27,868 nucleotides of DNA from a virus (lineage: Duplodnaviria > Caudoviricetes), in the IMG/VR virus record IMGVR_UViG_3300032292_000321, positions 1 to 27,868 of that record. One strand, given 5' to 3'. The position numbers were made by a program, and so were the translations under genes. Below the pieces are notes generated by a model. That model was not told the origin of the DNA, did no database searches, and saw only the letters and a list, made by a program, of their open reading frames with translations. Shown here piece by piece: positions 15,045 through 23,572 of the stretch; the stretch's first letter is position 1, and each line of letters opens with the position of its first letter.

Positions 15045-15356
15045 ATGAAGATTGAGCCAAAGCCGAACTGTCCCCTTGATGGTTTTAAGCCATGCCGCCA
15101 ACTGGAGTGCACATGGTTTATCAAGATTCGTGGGTATCACCCCAACACGGGCGATCCTATCGATGACTGGGGCTGTTCGATTGCTTGGTTGCCGGTACTG
15201 ATGATTGAGAACAGTCAGCAACAACGGCAGACGGGCGCTGCGGTAGAGTCGTTTAGAAACGAGATGGTCAAGGCAAACCAAACAAGCCAACAGGTTTTGT
15301 TAGCCACGGCCGCCGCGTCTAACAATTTAGACATTAAATATATCGAGGTCAAATAA
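15045..15356 (+). CDS. Cys-rich fibre-associated protein (103 aa)
   Basis: CPL....C....C.WF...DWGC.I.W.P.L.IENSQQQRQTGAAVESFRNEMV; follows the fibre gene. Confidence 0.7.
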   Translation: MKIEPKPNCPLDGFKPCRQLECTWFIKIRGYHPNTGDPIDDWGCSIAWLPVLMIENSQQQRQTGAAVESFRNEMVKANQTSQQVLLATAAASNNLDIKYIEVK

Positions 15357-15637
15357 TGGCTCGTATTACAGTTGTAAAGCCTGATGGGCTGGTTATCGTG
15401 GATAGCGAAGGCTACAACGGTCTTGATCTGTCGTTTTTAGAGGCCGGTATTCACGCTATTCAGTGGTATCACACGTACGGCGAAGTTGAGCGCAAGGACG
15501 ATCGCGGCCGGCATTTGCCCAACGAAGAGATTACTTCGTTTGACGCCTACGAAGCGCCAGTAATGGCGGCTTGGCAAGCAAAAAAGGCTGAAGTAGCGAC
15601 CGCTCGCGCGGCGTTGCAGGCTGCTTCAAATGGCTAA
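15356..15637 (+). CDS. Putative fibre assembly/accessory protein (93 aa)
   Basis: IHAIQW...GEVE motif; TAATG coupling. Confidence 0.65.
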   Translation: MARITVVKPDGLVIVDSEGYNGLDLSFLEAGIHAIQWYHTYGEVERKDDRGRHLPNEEITSFDAYEAPVMAAWQAKKAEVATARAALQAASNG

Positions 15638-15980
15638 GTGGAACGTCTCTAACATCGAAGTGAAGGACATTGACGGGTTAAAAAACGTCATTGTTAAAGC
15701 GCTATTCGAGGTATCGGAGCACGATCAAGGCCGCAACGCTTTCTTATCGGGCGAAATACACTTGTTGCCGCCCAGCGCGGCCACTTTTACTGAGCTTGGT
15801 TTTGTGCAGCTTGAACAAGCGGTGTCGTGGGTCAAAGAGGCTTTGGGTGACGAAGCCGTGACCAACTACGACGCGTTGATCAAAAAGATTATCGACGATC
15901 AGCCCATTCCTGCACCCCCAGTGGTGTTGCCGTGGGCTCCAAAATCTGAATTGCCGGTGCCTAAGCGGGGCGCGGAGTAA
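15630..15980 (+). CDS. Putative fibre chaperone/accessory protein (116 aa)
   Basis: W.V..IE...DGL.NVI...WVKEALG...LPW pattern seen in small proteins next to phage fibres. Confidence 0.6.
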   Translation: MAKWNVSNIEVKDIDGLKNVIVKALFEVSEHDQGRNAFLSGEIHLLPPSAATFTELGFVQLEQAVSWVKEALGDEAVTNYDALIKKIIDDQPIPAPPVVLPWAPKSELPVPKRGAE

Positions 15981-15983
15981 GAC

Positions 15984-17414
15984 ATGACTACGATTAAGAT
16001 TTCGCAGCTTCCTAACCCTACGGGCACGTTAGACGGCACGGAACTTAACCCTGTTGTTCAAAGCGGCGTCACCGTTAAGGCGGCGTCAAACGCTTTGGGC
16101 TACAAGCGCACGGGCACTGGCTCGACTGCGCGCACGCTAACTAGCAAAGTTGGCGAACGAGTTAGCGTCAAGGACTTTGGCGCCGCTTGCGATGGCACTA
16201 CAGATGACTCGGCGGCTGTTCAAGCTGCGGTTACTTATTGCGCCGCTAACAACTGGCCTACGCTGGTCATTCCGGGCAAGTGCAAAATTGTCACTTCTGT
16301 CGTCATCAACCGTTTGGTTGATAACAACAGCGACGAGTTTATCATTCTTGGCGAAGGCCCAGACGCCGGATTTTTTACTGCGGGCAACGTCGTCATATTC
16401 ACCTCGACGCTGCCGTATACGACTGCGCCGCAGTCCGAATTTACTACGTTTGAAAATATACGGTTTGAGTCGTCTAGTTTCTCTAACGCCAGCTATGTGC
16501 TGTCGCCGAACTTCTTGCGAATCAAGTTTCAAAACTGCGTGTTTTTCTTGATTCGCTGCATGATTTCGCCGATCTACGCGCAGACCATCTACTTTTTGCA
16601 TTGCAACATTCGTAACAACCCGGCAAACTTTATTAACGTCAACGGTTCCTACGACGTTAAGTTTACGCATTGCATTATTGAAAACGGCTTTACGATTGTG
16701 CGTTGTATTGATGCAGTGCGAGGCACTAACGGTTTAAGTTTTACCAGTTGCCTCATTGAGGGAATCCAAGGCAGCATTTGCGACATTACAGGTGCTACTG
16801 GATTTGCCTTAACCAACTGCCATCTGGAATCTAACTTTTCGCCGGAATTTAACTTTTTTGCGGGTGGTATCACAAACAAAAGCATTTGCATTACGGGTAA
16901 CTTTATTTATAACCCTGTTGGGCCAACAATGTATTACGGCCCAACTGAGTTTGTTTTTTCTGCGGGCAATTCGGTGTCTCCAAATCGGTTCCACGACAAC
17001 GCGATTCAATGCACTAGTCTAATTTCAACGGCCGACTATGCGCCGGGCGGTATCTCTAATGCCGCCAACGTACAAGTTGTAAATGGCGTGTACCGCGCCG
17101 GTAACGCGGCAACAACCGCGTGGACGGACACGACCAATCAATTTGCTAAAGACACTAGCGGGCGCATTGGTATTGGTTACGCCATTCAACCAAACATAAA
17201 GTTGACGGTTGCAGGGTCGGATCAAACGTCGTCTAACTATGCTGGCGCTTATTTCGACAGCAGCGGCAACGAAATTATAGCGTTTAGAAATGACCGTTTG
17301 ATCTCAATGCCAGCACTTAGCAACTATGCCGACGATACCGCCGCTGCGGCTGGAGGAATCCCGGTGGGGTTCCTATACCGCACCGGCTCTGCCGTCAAAG
17401 TTCGAGTGACTTAA
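15984..17414 (+). CDS. Tailspike / parallel beta-helix (pectate-lyase-like) depolymerase
   Basis: N-terminal KISQLP; ARTLTSKVGERVSVKDFGAACDGTTDDSAAVQAA entry motif; Asn/Cys/Phe/Ile ladder repeats; C-terminal YADDTAAAAGG.PVG..Y motif. Confidence 0.85.
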   Translation: MTTIKISQLPNPTGTLDGTELNPVVQSGVTVKAASNALGYKRTGTGSTARTLTSKVGERVSVKDFGAACDGTTDDSAAVQAAVTYCAANNWPTLVIPGKCKIVTSVVINRLVDNNSDEFIILGEGPDAGFFTAGNVVIFTSTLPYTTAPQSEFTTFENIRFESSSFSNASYVLSPNFLRIKFQNCVFFLIRCMISPIYAQTIYFLHCNIRNNPANFINVNGSYDVKFTHCIIENGFTIVRCIDAVRGTNGLSFTSCLIEGIQGSICDITGATGFALTNCHLESNFSPEFNFFAGGITNKSICITGNFIYNPVGPTMYYGPTEFVFSAGNSVSPNRFHDNAIQCTSLISTADYAPGGISNAANVQVVNGVYRAGNAATTAWTDTTNQFAKDTSGRIGIGYAIQPNIKLTVAGSDQTSSNYAGAYFDSSGNEIIAFRNDRLISMPALSNYADDTAAAAGGIPVGFLYRTGSAVKVRVT

Positions 17415-17422
17415 CAGAGTGG

Positions 17423-17451
17423 TTGCACCCTGTTAAACCATACAGTATTGT
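17423..17451 (+). promoter_or_regulatory. Sigma70-like promoter for scaffold-capsid genes
   Basis: TTGCAC (17423-17428), 17 nt, TATTGT (17446-17451), in one of the largest intergenic gaps of the late region. Confidence 0.65.
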
Positions 17452-17496
17452 CTATCTGTACTGGTGCGGTTCACCAGGTTTCCGTAAGGAAGATGT

Positions 17497-18279
17497 ATGA
17501 CGGACGAAAACCAAGTCCCTGAAGTTGTAGCGGAAGTATCCGCGCCGGAACCGGAAGCCACGGCGGCCCCGGAACCCGAAGTTGTTGCGGAAACGCAATC
17601 GCCGGAAGAAAAGCCTGCCAAATCGTTCTCTCAAGAAGAGCTGGACGCAATGGTCGGCAAGAGGCTTGCACGGGAACGTCGCAAGTGGGAGCGAGAGCAG
17701 GCGTTAAAAGCCCAGCCGTCACAAGCTGAGTCGGCGCCTTTGCCAAGCAGGGACTTGGATCCAGATGCGTATGCCGAGGCTTTAGCCGAGCGCAAAGCAG
17801 CTGAACTCCTAGCCCGCCGTGAAGCAGAGCGCGAGCGCATGGCTCTTGTAGAGGCGTATCACGAACGCGAAGAAGCGGTGCGGGACAAATACGATGACTT
17901 TGAAAAAGTCGCGTACAACCCGTCACTACCGATCACGCCCGTGATGGCCGAGACGATTCAAGCGTCGGATGTAGGGCCAGAGCTGGCTTATTACCTAGGC
18001 TCGAACCCCCGCGAAGCAGATCGTATTTCCCGTTTGTCGCCGTACTTACAAGCTAAAGAGATCGGCAAGATAGAGGCTAAAATGGCTGACAATCCGATAC
18101 CGATCAAGAAAACTACCAGCGCCCCCGCGCCGATCAAGCCGGTAACGGCTAGAGGCACTGGCGGAAGCGGTTACGAAACCACAGACCCACGGTCAATTTC
18201 GGCCATGAGTACGTCTGAATGGATCGAACGCGAACGCCAACGCCAGATTAAGCAGTGGGAAGCGCGTCAACGTCGCTAA
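17497..18279 (+). CDS. Capsid scaffolding protein
   Basis: Acidic Pro/Glu/Ala N-terminus, coiled-coil core, GPELAYYLGSNP, APAPIKPV, C-terminal helix; directly upstream of the capsid gene. Confidence 0.85.
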   Translation: MTDENQVPEVVAEVSAPEPEATAAPEPEVVAETQSPEEKPAKSFSQEELDAMVGKRLARERRKWEREQALKAQPSQAESAPLPSRDLDPDAYAEALAERKAAELLARREAERERMALVEAYHEREEAVRDKYDDFEKVAYNPSLPITPVMAETIQASDVGPELAYYLGSNPREADRISRLSPYLQAKEIGKIEAKMADNPIPIKKTTSAPAPIKPVTARGTGGSGYETTDPRSISAMSTSEWIERERQRQIKQWEARQRR

Positions 18280-18300
18280 CAATTTTTAGGAGACACTTTC

Positions 18301-19506
18301 GTGGCTAATACAATTCTTACTATTGATATGATCACGCGGAAAGCGCTCGAGATCCTCGAGAACAACCTCGTGCTCACCCGTAACGTCAACCGTCAGTACG
18401 ACAACTCGTACGCTGTCGAAGGCGCCAAGATCGGCACCACGCTGCGTATCCGTCTGCCGGATCGCGCTCTCGTCACCGACGGTGCCGCCCTGCAAGTGCA
18501 GGACGACAACGAGCAGTTCACGACCTTGACGGTTGCTTCGCAGAAGCACATCGGCGTGAACTTCACCACGGCCGAAATGACGATGCAGTTGGACGACTTC
18601 GCCGAGCGCGTGCTTAAGCCGCGTATCAGCCAGTTGGCTTCCAGCATCGACGCGGACGTTGCCAACTCGTACCAAAACATCTACCAGTCGGTCGGTACGC
18701 CGGGCACCACGCCGGGCACCACGGCCGTCCTGTTGGCTGCCCAGCAAAAGCTCAACGAAGCCGCTGCCGTCATGTCGCCGCGCTACGCAACCGTCAACCC
18801 GGCTGCTAACGCTGCGCTTATCGAGGGTATGAAGGGCTTGTTCAACCCGGTCAGCACCATCTCGGCGCAGTTTAAGAACGGCATGTTCGGCGAAGGACTC
18901 TTGGGCTACAACGAGCTCAACATGTCGCAGTCGATCAAGCAGTTCACGACCGGCACCCGCACGGGCGCTCACACCGTGACCACGACCGTTTCGGCTCAGG
19001 GCACTTCGACCATTGCCATCACCGGCACTGGCACGCAGACCTTGAAGAAGGGCGACGTGTTTACGATTGCTAACGTGTACGCTGTCAACCCGCAGACCCG
19101 CGAATCGACTGGCTCGCTCCAGCAGTTCGTGGTGACGGCGGACGTCGCGGCTTCGGGCGGCGCCTACGCGTCTGTCTCGATCAGCCCGGCGATCTACACC
19201 TCGAGCGTTGCTCTCGCCACTGTGGACTCGTTCCCGCAGGCTGGCGCGGCGATCACGTTCCTTGGTGGCGCGTCGACCCAGTACCCGCAGAACCTTGTGT
19301 ACCACCGCGATGCGATTGCCTTCGCCACGGCTGACTTGCTCATGCCGCAGGGCGTTGACATGGCTTCGCGCCAGGTTCACAACGGCATCTCCATGCGCGT
19401 TGTTCGTCAGTACGACATCAACAACGACCGTATGCCGTGCCGTATCGACGTGCTGTATGGCTACTCGGTGATCCGTCCGCAGATGGCTGTCCGCCTCTTC
19501 GGCTAA
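18301..19506 (+). CDS. Major capsid protein, P22 coat (gp5) family
   Basis: GTG start with RBS AGGAG; MANTILT...ALEILENNL, KIGTTLRIRLP, KGDVFTIANV insertion domain, RIDVLYG; strongly biased codons. Confidence 0.93.
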   Translation: MANTILTIDMITRKALEILENNLVLTRNVNRQYDNSYAVEGAKIGTTLRIRLPDRALVTDGAALQVQDDNEQFTTLTVASQKHIGVNFTTAEMTMQLDDFAERVLKPRISQLASSIDADVANSYQNIYQSVGTPGTTPGTTAVLLAAQQKLNEAAAVMSPRYATVNPAANAALIEGMKGLFNPVSTISAQFKNGMFGEGLLGYNELNMSQSIKQFTTGTRTGAHTVTTTVSAQGTSTIAITGTGTQTLKKGDVFTIANVYAVNPQTRESTGSLQQFVVTADVAASGGAYASVSISPAIYTSSVALATVDSFPQAGAAITFLGGASTQYPQNLVYHRDAIAFATADLLMPQGVDMASRQVHNGISMRVVRQYDINNDRMPCRIDVLYGYSVIRPQMAVRLFG

Positions 19507-19537
19507 TGATTAACCTATTTTTTTGGAGTAACTAAAA

Positions 19538-19939
19538 ATGGCACTTCCTAATGGTTCTGGTGGATATCAGGTTGGCGCGGGCGGTACTGAGCCGCTGTTT
19601 TTCCCGCAGGGCGCCCCGACCGCGCTGACGGCTGCTGCTACGGCAACGGCTGCTCAGTTGGTCAACGGCCTTTTCACCTTTGACGGTACGGCTGGCAACT
19701 TGACGCTGCCGACGGTGGCTCTCCTTGAGGCTGCCTACCCGTCGATTAGTGAGAAGAACGACTCTGCGTTTGACTTTTTCGTCATCAACATTGATGCGGC
19801 GGGGTCGGATGCGATCACGGTGGCTGTTGGTACGGGTTGGACGTTGGTTGGCGCGGGTGCGGTCTCGGCGGCTTCGTCCGGCCACTTCCGCGCGCGCAAG
19901 ACTGGCTCTGGCACCTGGACTTGCTACCGCGTTTCGTAA
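19538..19939 (+). CDS. Probable capsid decoration/minor capsid protein (133 aa)
   Basis: Follows the capsid gene, RBS GGAG, Ala/Thr/Gly beta-rich. Confidence 0.6.
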   Translation: MALPNGSGGYQVGAGGTEPLFFPQGAPTALTAAATATAAQLVNGLFTFDGTAGNLTLPTVALLEAAYPSISEKNDSAFDFFVINIDAAGSDAITVAVGTGWTLVGAGAVSAASSGHFRARKTGSGTWTCYRVS

Positions 19940-19946
19940 TGGCAAC

Positions 19947-19974
19947 GCCCTCGGCGGAAGAACCCGCCGGGGGC
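19947..19974 (+). other. Strong RNA hairpin after capsid/decoration genes, no U-tract
   Basis: GCCCTCGGCGG-AAGAAC-CCGCCGGGGGC: 11-bp stem with one G-U pair. Confidence 0.6.
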
Positions 19975-19995
19975 ATCACCTAAAGGGGTATTGAT

Positions 19996-20499
19996 ATGCC
20001 TAATACACAGGCGATTGGTGTTGCCTACGCTGACCCAGAGTTTCAGAGCGTAACTGTTACTGGGGCTGTGTCGGCAAATAGCGTAACTGTTACTGGGGCT
20101 GTGTCGGCAAATAGCGTAACTGTTACGGGTGAAGCAACGGCAGCAGACATATTCGCAAGCGACGAGCTTGGGTATACCAGCGCGGCTCAGGGCGCTGTTA
20201 CGCAGTTGACGAGCAAATCAACCGGCGTCACGCTTAATAAAAGCATGGGCCGCATTACGATGAATAATGCTGCTTTAGCGGGAAATACGGCTGCAATCTT
20301 TACTTTAACAAACAGCACTATCTCCGCTTTAGATGCAATCATCGTAAACGTGTCCGGCGGCGCCACGGCTGGCGCTTACACAACGTATATTTCTAGCATG
20401 ACCGCTGGTTCTGCGGACGTTGCGTTGCGTAACCTGACGGCCGGATCGTTGTCGGAAGCAGTTATCATTAACTTTTCGATCATTCACGGGGCTGCGTAA
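19996..20499 (+). CDS. Virion structural protein (167 aa) with internal 11-aa repeat
   Basis: QGAVTQLTSKSTGVTLNKSMGRITM motif; small-residue rich. Confidence 0.7.
   Translation: MPNTQAIGVAYADPEFQSVTVTGAVSANSVTVTGAVSANSVTVTGEATAADIFASDELGYTSAAQGAVTQLTSKSTGVTLNKSMGRITMNNAALAGNTAAIFTLTNSTISALDAIIVNVSGGATAGAYTTYISSMTAGSADVALRNLTAGSLSEAVIINFSIIHGAA
20047..20126 (+). repeat. Exact 33-bp tandem repeat, about 2.4 copies
   Basis: AGCGTAACTGTTACTGGGGCTGTGTCGGCAAAT at 20047 and 20080, partial copy at 20113. Confidence 0.95.
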
Positions 20500-20509
20500 G
20501 CCATTCAAT

Positions 20510-20716
20510 ATGCCGAATATCTATCTTCGTCACGCCAAACACGGCGAAAAAGTTGCAATCTCGTGGTTGGAAGCGAGGGAAGATATGGAGCATGGATGGG
20601 AAGAGTTTGACCCATCTGATCTTGATGATTCAGAATCTCCGGCGTCGTCAGAAATGGCGGCGTCGGAGACTTCTGCCCCTAATGCGTTGAGAACACGCCG
20701 CCGCCGTAAGGAGTAA
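20510..20716 (+). CDS. Hypothetical protein (68 aa)
   Basis: IYLRH..HG.KVA....EA..D...GW..FD; acidic linker and basic tail. Confidence 0.7.
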   Translation: MPNIYLRHAKHGEKVAISWLEAREDMEHGWEEFDPSDLDDSESPASSEMAASETSAPNALRTRRRRKE

Positions 20717-20719
20717 GTT

Positions 20720-21433
20720 ATGGCCACCACCGCTGCAGATCAGATCAACGGTGCGCTGCGTCTGATCGGAATGTTGGCGGAAGGTGAAGTACCTTCGGCG
20801 GCCACGTCGCAGGACGCCCTTACAGCGCTAAACCAAATGATTGATTCGTGGAATACGGAACGTCTGTCCGTGTTTTCCACCATCGACCAAATTTTTAACT
20901 GGCCGCCAAGCGTTCGTGTGCGCACGCTCGGCCCCACCGGCGACTTTGTGGGCGAGCGGCCTATCCTCATGGACGACGCTACCTATTTCCGTGACGCCTC
21001 GACCAACGTGTCGTACGGCATCAAACTGATTAACAACGAGCAATACAACAACATTGCCGTTAAAACAGTTACGTCTACGTATCCGCAGTTGATGTGGGTC
21101 AACATGACGTACCCCAACGTCGAGATTTACGTTTATCCGGTGCCGACTAAGGTGCTGGAATTCCACTTTGTGTCGGTGCGCCCCCTGTCTGCGCCGGCAG
21201 CGCTTGACACCGATCTGACGTTCCCGCCGGGTTACTTGCGCGCGTTTCGCTACAACTTAGCGTGCGAGCTGGCGCCGGAGTTTGGCGTTGAGCCGTCGCC
21301 GCAAGTGCAGCGCATCGCCATGTACAGCAAGCGCAACTTGAAGCGCATCAACAACCCGGATGACGTGATGGCAATGCCAGCGGCGCTGCTCGTCAACCGC
21401 CCGCGCTTTAACATCTTTACGGGCAATTTCTAA
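20720..21433 (+). CDS. Head-tail adaptor, P22 gp4-like
   Basis: T.ADQINGALRLIG..AEGE......QDAL..LNQMIDSW and YNLACELAPEFG; position before the gp10-like gene. Confidence 0.75.
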   Translation: MATTAADQINGALRLIGMLAEGEVPSAATSQDALTALNQMIDSWNTERLSVFSTIDQIFNWPPSVRVRTLGPTGDFVGERPILMDDATYFRDASTNVSYGIKLINNEQYNNIAVKTVTSTYPQLMWVNMTYPNVEIYVYPVPTKVLEFHFVSVRPLSAPAALDTDLTFPPGYLRAFRYNLACELAPEFGVEPSPQVQRIAMYSKRNLKRINNPDDVMAMPAALLVNRPRFNIFTGNF

Positions 21434-22962
21434 TGAAGACGCCGATCCTCGGGTCGTCGTATGTCATCCGATCGGTCAACGCTGCCGACAGCCGGATGGT
21501 CAACCTATACCCGGAAGTCATACAAGAAGGCGGCAAAGAGCCTGCCTATCTGCAGCGCTGCCCTGGCTATTCGCTAGTGGCCACTGTAGGTACAGGCCCG
21601 ATTCGAGGGTTATGGGAGCACGCTAACTTCCTGTACGTTGCGTCGGGCTCTGAGTTTTACCGACTTAATCAATCGTATGTAGCAAACAAAATTGGCGATA
21701 TTACGGGCACAGGCCCGGTGTCGATGACTGACAACGGCACGCAGATTTTTATTGCTGCAAACCCCGACGGGTTTATCTACAACACCGACACGCTGCAGTT
21801 TGCGCAGATCACTGACCCTGACTTTCCCGGCGCAGTGACTGTTGGCTACCTTGACGGCTACTTTGTGTTCAACGAACCCAACTCCCAGCGAGTGTGGGTA
21901 ACGCAGCTGCTCGACGGCTTGTCGATTGATCCGCTGGATTTTGCCAGCGCCGAAGGTTCGCCGGACGGGTTGGTGTCGTTGATTATCGACCACCGCGAAG
22001 CCTGGCTGTTTGGCGCCAATAGCGTTGAAGTTTGGTACAACTCAGGCGATCCGCTGTTTCCACTTAGCCGTATCCAAGGCGCGTACAACGAAGTTGGCTG
22101 TATCGCACCGTACTCGGTTGCGAAGATGGATAACTCGGTGTTTTGGCTTGGCGCAGATGTTCGAGGCCAAGGCATCGTGTACCGCGCGGAAGGCTACCAG
22201 GCTACCCGCGTATCTACGCACGCCGTGGAGTTTGCCGTTCAAGGCTACAGCAATTTAGCCGATGCCGTCGGGTACACTTACCAGCAGGACGGTCACACGT
22301 TCTACGTGTTGAACTTTACTAGCGCCGACACGACGTGGGTGTTTGACGCAGCGACCGGCGCTTGGCACGAACGAGCGGGCTTCCGTAACGGCGATTTCAA
22401 GCGCCATAGAGGCAACTGCCAAGCCCGGTTTAATGGCGATCCAATCATAGGCGACTATGAGGATGGGCGCCTTTATGCGTTTAGCCTTGACGTTTATGCA
22501 GACGCGGGCGCTACACAGAAGTGGCTTCGATCGTGGCGCGCCCTGCCTACCGGCGGCAACAACCTGACTCGTACTGCGCAGCACGGCTTGCAGATCGACT
22601 GCGAAACGGGCGTAGGTCTTCCCGGCTATTCGCTGGCGCAATCTAACGAATTTTTGTTGGGCACAGAGCTGCTTGAAGTTTTAGAAACAGAAAGCGGCGA
22701 AGAGCTGTTACTCGACGTCGCTTTCACTGTCGGCGCAGATCCCCAGCTGATGCTGCGCTGGTCTGACGATGGCGGCCACACTTGGAACGGCGAGCGCACG
22801 ACGTCTATGGGGCGAGTGGGCCAGTACGGCACCCGCGCCATCTTCCGTCGCCTTGGCATGACCACCAAACTGCGCGACCGCGTGTACGAGATCAGCGGCA
22901 CCGATCCGGTAAAAGTTGCCATCATGGGCGCCGAGCTGCAGATTAGCGGCACCGCGTCGTGA
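21433..22962 (+). CDS. Tail hub / packaged-DNA stabilisation protein, P22 gp10-like
   Basis: 509 aa beta-propeller-like; RMVNLYP, LDGYFVF, FASAEGSPD, GHTFYVL, LRWSDDGG.TW, FRRLG. Confidence 0.88.
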   Translation: MKTPILGSSYVIRSVNAADSRMVNLYPEVIQEGGKEPAYLQRCPGYSLVATVGTGPIRGLWEHANFLYVASGSEFYRLNQSYVANKIGDITGTGPVSMTDNGTQIFIAANPDGFIYNTDTLQFAQITDPDFPGAVTVGYLDGYFVFNEPNSQRVWVTQLLDGLSIDPLDFASAEGSPDGLVSLIIDHREAWLFGANSVEVWYNSGDPLFPLSRIQGAYNEVGCIAPYSVAKMDNSVFWLGADVRGQGIVYRAEGYQATRVSTHAVEFAVQGYSNLADAVGYTYQQDGHTFYVLNFTSADTTWVFDAATGAWHERAGFRNGDFKRHRGNCQARFNGDPIIGDYEDGRLYAFSLDVYADAGATQKWLRSWRALPTGGNNLTRTAQHGLQIDCETGVGLPGYSLAQSNEFLLGTELLEVLETESGEELLLDVAFTVGADPQLMLRWSDDGGHTWNGERTTSMGRVGQYGTRAIFRRLGMTTKLRDRVYEISGTDPVKVAIMGAELQISGTAS

Positions 22963-23561
22963 CGCAAAACATCACGCAAATACCCGCCCCTCGCGTGCCG
23001 CTCATCGACGAGCGCACCGGGTATGTTTCGCGTGAGTGGTTTCGCTTTTTCAACAATCAGTTTCTGCTGACGGGTAACGGCACGACTTCGGTTTCAATCG
23101 CCGATTTAGAACTTTCGTCTGCGCAAGCAGCGGCCGTAGAAGCGGAAGTAGCGGTTTTGCGGACAAAGATCCAAGACCTTGAAATCGCGCCGTTGCCAAC
23201 GCCCGCAGCAACAACTTCAAGCTCAGGGCCGGTGCCCGTAATCACTAACCCACCCGTAACAAAGACGGCCGATTTTACGGTTGGCGCTAACGAAACGTGG
23301 ATTATCAACAACAAGTCGGGTTCGACCTGTACGGTTACGTTGCCGTCAGCGAGCAGTAATTCCGGCTTAGTGTTGTACTTCCAAAACTACCAGTCTCAAC
23401 AACTAGTGTCGGCGTCCAGCAACGTCGTCCCGCAGGGCGGCGGTTCTGCCGGTACGGCCATTTTGGCGGCCACCGCCGGCGACTGGGCTACACTCGTTTC
23501 AGATGGCACAAACTGGGTTATTATGCAAGCGGCCAAGTACAACAACCTGTTGTTGGAATGA
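22959..23561 (+). CDS. Putative tail needle/plug protein (gp26 position)
   Basis: Follows the gp10-like gene; short coiled coil, then TVTLP...LVSDGTNW beta domain. Confidence 0.5.
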   Translation: MTQNITQIPAPRVPLIDERTGYVSREWFRFFNNQFLLTGNGTTSVSIADLELSSAQAAAVEAEVAVLRTKIQDLEIAPLPTPAATTSSSGPVPVITNPPVTKTADFTVGANETWIINNKSGSTCTVTLPSASSNSGLVLYFQNYQSQQLVSASSNVVPQGGGSAGTAILAATAGDWATLVSDGTNWVIMQAAKYNNLLLE

Positions 23562-23572
23562 GGATTTAAGCG

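Noticed and set aside
18286-19380. 364-aa minus-strand ORF and other long antisense or alternate-frame ORFs over pol, primase, terL, portal and fibres
   Set aside because: Shadow frames expected from GC-rich biased codons of well-supported genes; no recognisable motifs.
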